Assembly (NCBI GenBank): GCA_023213395.1
Contig: CM041465.1
Coordinates: 233,933,741-233,997,740, forward strand
Length of the DNA: 64,000 bases
Source of the DNA: Cycas panzhihuaensis
Lineage: Eukaryota; Plantae; Cycadophyta
Direction: 5' to 3'
Position numbers and translations under genes: made by a program. This document shows positions 53,860 to 64,000 of this stretch, in pieces; the first letter of the stretch is position 1, and each line of letters starts with the position of its first letter. Under the pieces are notes generated by a model that worked only from the letters and a program-made list of their open reading frames with translations, did not search any database and was not told where the DNA came from.

Positions 53860-56800
53860 AGAGTCGTGTAAAATTTCTTGAGGAATTTTTGATTAACAGC
53901 TTTCTCAAACTCAAGGCCCTCCAAGGTGGCGATCTTATAGGCACCGTTATAGAGGCTCTTAAGAATGACAAAGGGGCCAACCCATTTGGGTCTAAATTTA
54001 GTCAAGCAGTCATGGAGATATTCCAATTTGAGGACGTGGTCCCCAGGATATAAAGGATGAGAATGCAGGTATTTATCATAGGTCCTTTGTGAGCAAACTT
54101 TGGACGCGAGGTTAGCCTGGTAGGCAGCTAAACATCTCTCATCCAAGGCCTCGAGGTTTAAGAGGCGAGCCTGACAGATTGACTCCTCATTGATGAGACC
54201 TCTAAGGGAAACTCGTAGATGGTGACCATAAGGAAGGTTGGGCATGGAGCCTGCTAAGTGCTCAAGTAAAGCCTCATCATCTTCGGAGTAATCCACCCCG
54301 TAGATGACCTTATTTTGAATAGATGAGGTGCTAGAGGAAATGGGAGCAACGTGACCATGATGGTCAGTAGGCTACCCAACATCCCCAAAAGACTCTAAGG
54401 CAGAGCCAAGAAGGGGCTCCTCGGAAGGAGCAAAAGGAAGTTCCTCAAGGCCATCACCTGCAGGGGGTGATGGAGAGGAAGAATCAAGGACCTGTGGGTC
54501 AATATGTGCAATGACATGTGACACAAGGGGGTGACTAGTCTCTCCAACAAGAGGAGTTCTAGGTTGGGACCTAAAACAGGAAGGGTACCTCGTACTAGTG
54601 TGGAGGAAGGAGATGGGGTAAGGAAAGTCTTCATCCTCACCATGGGACTCGTCGTCACTAAACAGGGCAAGGTACCCATAGCTCTTGACACCAGTAAGAG
54701 CAAAGTGAGTAAGGCTAGAGGAAGAAGATGCAAGATCTTCTTCAAGATGGGATGAATCGGGTATGCCGATGGAGCAAGCCAAGGCATGAGTAGAAGGGCC
54801 TTTGTCTCCCTTCCTATGACCATGGCTTGGTTGGTTGGTAGGTTGAGTTTGTTTAACATGTGGGTGTTCACGGGAAACAACCCTTATTCGTCCATCGTGG
54901 ATAAACTTAAGTTTCCCCCAGCAAGTCAAACACATGGATCCCATCTGACCGAGCCACAGTCGGCCCAAGAAAAGATTGTAATTAACATCTACGTCAAGGA
55001 CCACAATGTCAGTGAGGACAATCTTGTCCTCGAGAGTGAGTGGGATCGAAATAGATCCCAATGGAGTCTTTTCGCTACCATCGTAGCCTTGGCATCACCA
55101 TGGAATAGGTTCCAAGTTGGAAATACCAAGCTCTTGCATAATGCACAAGGGCATGGCATTAACGGAAGAACTGTTGTCGACAACGGTCCTTCGTAAGGCA
55201 TAGTTTGGTGTGTCAATAGTGATGGTAAAAGGGAAGTTCCATTTGCGCTCCCTTTCACAAACGAGGGGAAGGTCTTTAGGGTCAAAGGAAATAATAGGCT
55301 CATGGCTTTGGGTAATACCCAAAGCATGAATGGGCGCATCACCTAACCCTAAAGCTTCCAAAATGAGTGTTCATTGTTTGGGACAACTTCTTAAGACATC
55401 CATAATGGACATCCCAGCGACCATGGTATAAAGCTCGTCGATAATAGAAAAGGCCTTTCCCTTTTCTGTGAATTGAGGAAGGGCTCTCCTGAAATCATAG
55501 TGACCTCGACAAATGAGAATAGTCTTGGGAAGTAACGAAACTTTTGGAAGGGAGTTTCTGGAAGAGGATTGGAGTGTGAAGTAGAATAAGAGGCACTAAC
55601 TGCCTCTTTAGCGGCTTGAGACTGAGTTAAGGCATATAAGGGGGTGGCCTCAAGTATTTGGATCACCTTCTTTCCCTTATTCCGGGACTGCGAAGGTGAG
55701 GGAGTACGACGGTCGGGGGAATACAAGGAAGAAGACGAATCCCAGGCGCCCTTCCCTTAATATATGAAGGACGAGAATTTGGAGATCTTCCTCAGTTCTG
55801 ATTATTCTTGGGTTGAGCATTACAATCGTGTTCCCCATGCATAGGGAATGGATCCTTGTAGATCGATTGGTCTAGGTTGGGCCTTGAGGCCCATTTAGAG
55901 GATGAGTCACGTTATGGGGCATCCCTAGGATGTTGAGCCCTATAATGCGAGTTGTCATGGAAACACTTCCCATGAACGGAACACCACTTCTTCTCAAGTG
56001 AGGAATCTGGCTTCCTTCCTTGAGAGGACTGGGTATTACCACCCTTAGGGGGAGCAGCTTGAGTAGCTTGTTGGATTTGTTTATTGGAAGTGGGTGATGA
56101 AGGAGCTTGCAGTTTAAGTTCCTTCATCATACATTCAAATGAACGTATGGCAGAAGTGAACGGGTCTAGGGTCTTCTCAGTCAGGTGAGAAGAAAACCTA
56201 GTGGATTGTTATGGTTTGGTTTCTTTGGTTTGGGGTGGTACCTCACATCATTGTGAGGGCTTAAGGGGCTTCTTAAGTCCAGCCTGGATCTCAATAGCTT
56301 CAAGCGCTAAGCACTTTGCGATAACGGAATCACATGTGGTTGTCCCCATCTTAAGGACTTCCACATGGACTTCAGGGTGAAGTGCATTAACGAAGAGGTC
56401 CCTCTTCAATTCCTCAGGCAAAGTAGCATTAGTAGAATGGAGGAGTTCATGAAATCGCTACACAAAATCACGATTCATCTTATCATGACCTTGTTTAAGC
56501 AAAAGGAGGGATTTCATTCCACTTTTGAATGGATGAGCCACATCAAAATAATTGATAAACTCATCCACAAGTTGCTGGAATGAGAAAATGGAATGGGCAA
56601 GCAGGCGATAAAACCACTTAAGGGCATCGCCTTGTAGGGATCGTGGAAATAATTTCATTAGTATGTGATCATAGGCCTAGTAGTCTATGCATGCCATAGA
56701 GAAACTATAGACGTGCTCTACTGGATCCTGTGATGGAGTTCCATTGAACTTAGGACTTTGAGGGGATGAGGCGGCAAATTAGTTCTTAACGCCTTAATAG

Positions 56801-57992
56801 ATAATGGTGCCGATCTATAATCCATGAAGGGACGTTCTCTCACATGGACCATAGGATCGACAAACGATGTGGAAGGTAATGGACACAGAACGGATAGGGG
56901 CGGTAAGCCCGTCCCTCCTTGAGGAAATGTCCCTTGCAGAAAAGGGACTTGAGGGTAAGTGCTTTGAAAGGAAGTTGGGTTTCCTTGCAAAGGCGCAGTG
57001 TAAGGAGCTACGCAGGACAGTGGAAAGGAAGGGCGAGGAATAGGGTTCTATCCATATGGGCTGCCTGTGGGTGGTGTAACCCCATATAGATGTAATGGGT
57101 CTACCTCGTAAGCCAGAATATGGTTCCCCTTACTGTGCCCCTAGGGCTGAGAAGTATAGCCTGGGGGTATGTAAAGAGAAGGGCCATTGGGTTGAATTTG
57201 AGTATACATAGGAGTGGATCCCACATGACTAGTAATAAGGGTGTTAGTAGGACCTCTAGGCCTACTAAGAAATGCATGTGCCACGTTAGGAAGTGGCATG
57301 TTGGCTTGACTAGGGAAAGGTATGCTAACCCTAAGCTAGGAGAAAGACATACCATAAGAGGGCCTCGAAGAGCTGGGACCATGATGAGAAGTAGGGGGTG
57401 TAATAGATGTCCCTAAGGTAGATGTAAGGATAGAGTGGGACAAATGTATAGGCACAAAGAGGTTGCTTGTCGTGGAAGGTGTAGATGCAGATGAAGATAG
57501 TGGGACAGGTGCAGATGAGAAAGATTCCCCACCACGCAAAACATCTTCAAACCATCTAGGGCATGATTGAAGACAAGCAGCACAGAAGCACTCGCTAAGG
57601 GGTTCAACCATGTCAGCAGGAGGGGTATCCACGTGATCGTAGGAGGTAGATGGGACCTCGAACAAAGTAGACCCCTCGGGGTGCTCCTCATAGGAATCAC
57701 CAACTGGGTGGTGAATCCCAAGAGGAGATGGACCCTCTACTCTATGAGTAGAGGGGTGGGCATCAAGTGGGTGATGCTGATCACCCAGATAGTAAATAGG
57801 ATCGTCACCCTCTTGGGTGGATCCCAGAATGGATGTGGGGAGCTCATGATCTCTCGAAGTGAAGGCATGATAAGCCCAATCTGAAGGGTATCCTTCCATT
57901 GTTGAATCAGAATCCAATGATGAAAGAAGACAATATACAGGGTCTTCTAACAATGGAGGCAAACCACGTAGGCGACGTGAGAAGTGTCGCAT
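53860..57992 (-). pseudogene. Element C gag-protease fused to the integrase C-terminal tail; RT, RNase H and INT core absent
   Basis: SRRLRGLPP N-terminus; MKLFPRSLQGDALKWFY; KKWCSVHGKCFH; protease VVDNSSSVNAMP..YNLFLGRLWL; then LRVSLRGLI..LEALDE..KFRPKWVGPFVI..GAYKI..VNQKFLKKFY. Confidence 0.9.
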
Positions 57993-58139
57993 ACAAAACT
58001 TGCCACTACGTTAGAATAGGGAAACAAGAATGCAAAGTATGTGTTGGGGGCTACCTAACAAAAGGAATAAGTGGAGAAGACCACTAAAAGGTAGTAGTAC
58101 TAACAAAAAGGGATAAGAACTAGCCTCCTTACTAGTAGG

Positions 58140-58157
58140 TCCCCAGTATGGTTGCCA
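58140..58157 (-). promoter_or_regulatory. PBS of element C (tRNA-Arg type)
   Basis: Minus strand reads TGGCAACCATACTGGGGA, 1 nt from the LTR end; resembles the Ogre/Tat PBS TGGCGACTCC(A/G)CTGGGGA. Confidence 0.75.
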
Positions 58158-58158
58158 G

Positions 58159-59182
58159 TAGATATGCTTCTATGAGATAGTCACTATGCTCAATAGGAAT
58201 GATGGTAGGCAATAATTAATGTTGGAGGTGTGGGCGAAAACCTATAAGCAAAGAGAGCACCATGCAAGGCACTCCATGCACTAGAGCACGAGTTCAGGAC
58301 CTGCAAATAGCACCCAACTACCTTAGAGTAGCCCTCAATCCAGAAGAGAGAGTGCATACAGGGGGTATCCTGGATGGTCTCAAGAGGAAGGTCCTCCTAC
58401 CCTTGGGTGGCTAGAAGGGAAGAGGAGGAATCATCAAGGGGTTTCCCTGTGATGAGGGGAAACAAATGTGGATGAGGTAGGCAAAGGCCTACGGTGTAAG
58501 CAGGTCTCCCTTAGTTATTTAGTCTAGGCAAACAAAACCAAGAGAGGGAGTGGAAAGAGGGGCTTAAGCTATGTCTTCCTTTTGACAACTAAAAGACAAA
58601 AGGGAAAAGTAGAATAAGTATTATGCATGCAAGCAAACAATGCTAAATGAAATGCGTCTAAGGGTATGTTTGGATTGATAAGAGAGAGGAAGAGGAAGGG
58701 GGTTCCTATTGTATCCTTTTCCTACATGAGACAAGCATACTACATATAAAGACAAGTAACCAATACCATTAACCTTTCACTTTCACGTGATCTATTAAAA
58801 CTAAGCACAGATTTAAAATAAAAGTAAGAAAGGAAAATGGAAAGGTGAAAAGAGAGATGGTGCATACCAGGGAGGTGTAGCGGTCGACAGAAGACCTCAC
58901 CTATGTGCAATGCGCGTGCGCGTCCTTTCTCTAGCCGGTTGATGTGTGATCAAGATCAATGTGAAGGATAGGGGCTTCCTTACCTCCCCCTTATGAAAAG
59001 TAAGCGGGGCAAAAGGAAGCAAATGAAACGAAGGAAAAAAAAGAGAGGGTAAAGCTTACCTGCATTCAGACATCTTTTCCCTTCGTGAGATACTGCTCTA
59101 AACCTGCACACACAAACGTTTAACCCTTCTAAGAAGGGGTTTCAAGAAGAGCTATATCTATATCTATATATATATATCTATA

Positions 59183-59244
<62 letters not shown>

Positions 59245-60970
59245 AAGTATGTTACATTTAAGTTAGAGAAATTACTGCTGCAAATAACTTTAACTCTCCT
59301 CCAACAACTGCACATATCAAGCAAGAAAGAGAGAAGGGAAGCCTCAGGATGGCCCAACCCTCTGCTAAGGTTCTCCACACAGCCTCAAAGTACAGCAAGG
59401 TAGGGTCAAATAACAAATTATGACAGCCAACAAACACAAGAACATGTGTAGCAAGATTGTTGGGGAAGGTATCAAGGCAATAGGGTCGCTATGGGTAGTG
59501 ATCCATTACACAAACCCTACCCAAGATCTTTAAGGGATGCCAAGCAATGTTGGGGACATTATGGGGGTCCAAAAGAGAGGCGTATAGGCCTAGAATCAAT
59601 GTAGCAAGGGCAGCATACACTGATAATCCAACGCAGGCCTAAGCTTCACCTTCTCCTAATTAACCTAAGAGAAGCATGGGAGCAGGAGAAGAAAGGTGGG
59701 AAGGGGGGTTGTCCTTGGGGAGTAGGCCTAAGTGGGATGGATCCTACCTTACTCCCTTCACCCAATCTTTATGGATCCTCTCCCACTACTTTCTTGAGGA
59801 AAACTAGTAGAGAAAATGGCGAAAACCTAGAGAGACACGACTAAACTCAATGGAAACAATGTTTACTACAGTCAAACAGGAAGAAAGTAAGCAAACACAC
59901 TTGAAAATGAGTCTAACATAGAAATAACACACAATAAACTCTGAAAAAGGGGCCTAAGGTACCTGTTGCGATGAGTCTAGGGTAGATTTTCCCCTGCAAC
60001 CAGTGAAGAAGAAGAGTTCCTGTAGGGTTTTACAGGAGGTTTCCCTAAAGACGGCCGTAAGAGATACTTACTAGGGCAAATTGGAAGAGAACCACACCAA
60101 ACTTACTTGAGAGTACTTAGAGAGGAGCTTCCCACCATGGAGAAGGGTCATTGCAGGTGGATCCTGGGCTAGAGCTATAAGAAACGCAGGCCTACAGATG
60201 CACCTCTGGAAGGAAGAAAGAAAGAGCAGAAACTGCAGTAGGAGAAAGTTGAATTGGGGAGAGAAAAAGATCTAAGAGAGGTAAAATGATGATGGCTTTT
60301 GGATTTATATCCATCCCAGCGCTAAACACGCAAATAGGGCTGAGTTGGAGACGAGGCCACATGGCAATTCTATGAAAAAAGTGAAAATTGCCACGACAAT
60401 TTTAAAAAATAACTTGCAATAGTCGCATCACAGTAAACTTCATGGTACCACTTAGTTTACAACGGTGTGGAACTAGAAAGCTAGAATGGCAATAATCTAG
60501 GTTCCGGGAGCCTTAAAAGGCGATGTGGAAGGCCTGGGAGGGGTTGGCCCTCCTGTCCAAGTGGCCATGATAGTCCAGAAGACATGTGGACAAGGTCAAG
60601 AGGAGCATTAATGGCTAAAGGTCCCAGAAACAAGGTGATATGGACGTGAGGTCAGGGTATGAACGGGTCATACAAATCAAATGAGGTTTAAGGTGATGTG
60701 GAGGTAGCATAGAGGGTCATAGAGTGCCATGGGGATGCTTACCTTACATAAAGGTAGGTCTCACTGGGTCATCATAGGCTCATAATATGACAAGCAACAT
60801 GATCAAGCCAAATGGATGCAAGGTGATCATACAAATGAAGCAGTTAGTCATGCAATGAGGCAATACTTCTACCAATCTTTCTAAAGAAATAGTAGAAGTG
60901 AAAAGGAAGAAGCATATATGTGCCTACCTAAGTTGACCTATCCGTATCCATTCTCGGTAGTCAGGAAACA
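58159..60970 (-). repeat. Element C 5' LTR (2812 bp), includes TA/TATATC microsatellite at 59153-59240
   Basis: Colinear with 46668-49491. Confidence 0.95.
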
Positions 60971-61899
60971 CAAACTAGTCCTTCTTTGATATTATTCAAT
61001 TTCTAACCATGTTCTAAATGTTAAAGGAAGTGGCTTATCATTTTCTCTTAGGTTAAGAGTGGTTTCATTTTTCTTCTTTTATCTCTAAGTGTTTGAATTT
61101 ATTAGAGTTAGACACAAGCATCCCTGGGTCATTCACCTTCAAATATAGATCATTACTAAGTAAAAGAGTACCTAATGGATGACCCCAAATAGGGTCATTA
61201 ATCTAAGGTCTCATCTATCTTGGGTTCTCATACTCATCAGTCCTCCTAGTCTACGACTAGCATGATGTAGATTACTCTCATATGGGTGGAAATAGAGGTC
61301 TAGGTTAGAATATCATCCTTAGGAGGGCTTCTTGGGCAATAATAGGGTAAACTTAGTTCATTCATTTTGGGGTAAGTATCCCCAATATTTCCTCCATGTA
61401 TTAGAAGGTTATTTATTCTTTCCCTAAAGTAAAGGGGCCTTTTGTTTGTTTTATTTGATTGTTTGGAGTGCTTTCATTTGATCAAATTTGAGTTTAATTT
61501 TTTCATATATATGTGAGCTAGTTTAAGTTACAAATTAGTTTGATTCTCTCATTTTTATTTAAGAACTCAAGTAAAGAGACCTCTTCTTAGAGGTTGGTTG
61601 AAAGGTCCACCCTTGAGACTCATCATTGTTGGTTCACTCTCTTATAAATTTGACAAGTAGTTGGCCCCAAGACAAGGAACTATTTTCTATGACCATACTA
61701 AGGAGCTTATTAAAGCTTCCTTGTTGCATATTCTAGACCTACAACTTTCATATTTACTTGAAATATTTTGTGAGATACTTTAACTTAGTTAGCTTTGCCC
61801 CTACTTTATTGATTCTTTGATTAGATAAAACCCTTCATTCTCATGTAGGGTTCTTTTTCTTTCCTTGATCTTCCATTGCTAGTCATGTGCCTCCATTCT

Positions 61900-64000
61900 T
61901 ATGGAGATCCATTCTCACCATACTCATCTAAGAAGACCGAGAAGCTAACAAAGCCTCCCTCCTCAAGGCTCTTGAGTATGACTATTGAGAATATTATGAG
62001 GCTTAAGAGGGTTATATGCCTCATGAGGGCTATCTTGGTTGTGAGGACTATGAGATACATGTCTATCCTCCTAAGGGCTCTCAGTAATTTGTATGAAATC
62101 CCTATAGAGAAAGGTTATTTTAAATACCCTAAGCCACATTTGAGGAATCCATCCTTAGTAGCCTCTACTTCTATTTAGGAAGAGGTACATGTTGATCACA
62201 TTGGCCATTTAGTTTCAAAGCCTTTACTCACTAGGATTCATTCTCTTATCCTCATCTTAAGATACTAAGATCCTTTCCATTAGAGCACACACATCATGAC
62301 ATTATCCTTGTATCTTCTCCATGACTAACATTAAGAGAAACCTAATCCTCTTCCTTAGGAGCATTAACTCCCTCATGTTAATCATCCCCACATATATAAT
62401 ATTCTACCTTCCCCTTATCCCTCTCATCCCTTTACCCAAAGCCACCTTCTATCCTACCTAATGAGATGGGAGACACTAGATCAATCCACTTCCAACCCTA
62501 AGCACCATTTAACATTATGAAAGGAGGAGCCTAAGTTCATCCCATGCCCTTCATTTCATATGATATCCCATTTGAGAGTAGTGATTAGAAGCAACATTTT
62601 ATCATAGTATATGTATACCAAGCATCCACGTCCAACTAATTCCCTCATCTGAGACCTATCATAGGGCTATCTCTCATGTATAGGTATAAGTTTCTTCACA
62701 CTGCTTCACAGGTTCCATCTACTGGTTAACCCATCCCTTCTCATAGTGTCTCTCATCCTGGTAAGGGGATCCTCATCCCCTACCTCATCAAATCATAAGT
62801 CATAGTGTGAGACCACCTCCTTTCTAGTCCCATAAAGGGCCTACACCATCTACTCCTCCATACTCCACGTATGATACTTATGTTGGAGTACAAAGGACCA
62901 TTGGGGGCTCTCACACTCATGTTCCTCTTGATTAACACATACACCAATAGTAGATTTTGAGACTTGTCAAAGGGCCTATACCATCTTATGGTCCTAGACC
63001 TATTTACCTATAATAATCCAATCTATGACATACAATTCCCCCTCTCTAATATATTATTTCATCATAATAATATCCTATGCCTTAGATAAGAATGCATCTT
63101 AATCATGTTACATGGTTTACTCCTCTACATCCTCCACCTTCTCATCCACCATGCTATGAACATCCCCCATATGGAACTTCCACTCCTTACCAACAACCTC
63201 CTCCTCAAAACTCTTCCATGTTGATGTCAACTCCTCCTCAACACTCTTCCACATTGAGGACTAGAAGGCCTTTATGGACTACATGAGATTCTTTTTCCAC
63301 AAGAGGTTCTCCTTTCATACATACCTCCATTTATCCTTGAATTACCTAAGTTATCTAGGGAACACTCACAAGATCCCACTAGGCATGTATAAGATTTTAC
63401 ACTTGCCTATGTTGACTTTCTCCTATATGACTATGTCATGATGGGATTATTTCCCAAATCACTTCAAGGTGATGCCTTGAAGTGGTTCTTTTATCTCCCA
63501 TCTACTTCCATTTTTACCTTTTAGCAGCTAGTTGATGCTTTTATCAACTACTTAGACATTGTCATACCATTCAAAACTAGCATTAAGTCCCTCCTATCTA
63601 TCAAGAAAAATAATGATGAATTGTCTCATAATCTTATAAGGTAATTCCAAGATTTAGTTCATGTTTATCACTCTCAACTTGATTTAGGACTCTTATTTGA
63701 CATTTTTATCAATGCTTTGAGACCTCATGTATACTTAGAGGTCCTAAAACTTGGTCCACAAACCTACAAGGAGGCCATTGATAAATGCTTAGCTCTCAAA
63801 GCTTTCAATATTCAAGTAGGAATTAAGAAGAAAGACAAGCCTACTCCAGTGAAAGACTTAAATTATAGGCCCAAACCTAGTCAAGGGGATTATACATATG
63901 ATCATGTTGCATCTTCCATTAGAGCCCTTGAGCATACTATCAACACCAAGTTACATGTTAAAAATCCTATTGTTTCTAAGTAAAAACAAGAAACCAAAGT
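61900..64000 (+). pseudogene. Tat-type Gypsy gag relic related to element C; runs off the window end
   Basis: LRRPRS*QSLPP, MGLFPKSLQGDALKWFFYL and LRPHVYLEVLKLGPQTYKEAIDKCLALKA, homologous to the element C gag. Confidence 0.82.

Larger units (their letters stand above)
46668..60970 (-). mobile_element. Tat-type (TatIII-like) Gypsy LTR retrotransposon C, non-autonomous, 14.3 kb
   Basis: LTRs 46668-49491 and 58159-60970; TSD CAAAT (46663-46667) / CAAAC (60971-60975); tRNA-Arg-type PBS at 58140-58157; PPT just inside 49492; contains gag, PR, INT tail, antisense PMD gene and archaeal-type RNase H. Confidence 0.93.

Noticed and set aside
59184-59378. ORF with an IYIY repeat (also the THTH ORF at 39635-39817)
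   Set aside because: Translation of microsatellites.
1-64000. CRISPR arrays, tRNA/rRNA genes, prokaryotic systems
   Set aside because: No repeat-spacer arrays or RNA gene structures seen; tRNA-complementary hits are retroelement PBSs.

Overview
AT-rich plant nuclear DNA made up almost entirely of nested, decayed LTR retrotransposons around one intact host gene, an intronless SAUR (small auxin-up RNA) gene at 20840-21397 (+). A gymnosperm source is inferred from the TatIII-type element architecture. Elements resolved by LTR pairs, target-site duplications (TSDs), primer-binding sites (PBS) and polypurine tracts (PPT): Copia B (1237-17322, -), whose 3' LTR is split by Copia A (1260-9346, +); a CRM-like chromovirus remnant D (~27110-34095, +) fused to a Tat gag relic and interrupted by Copia E (28680-33604, -); a solo LTR (36689-37335); a Reina-like gag-protease relic; and a 14.3-kb Tat-type Gypsy element C (46668-60970, -) with ~2.8-kb LTRs. 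Two observations stand out. (1) Element C has lost RT, RNase H and the integrase core by an apparently in-frame deletion, yet keeps a head-to-head cassette: an archaeal-type RNase H and an antisense, apparently spliced Plant Mobile Domain (PMD) + coiled-coil gene either side of one TATA-like motif. (2) Both LTRs of Copia A are composite and embed a TRIM-like module (PBS, short internal region, PPT, TG..CA mini-LTR). All coordinates and alignments were made by eye; no searches were run.
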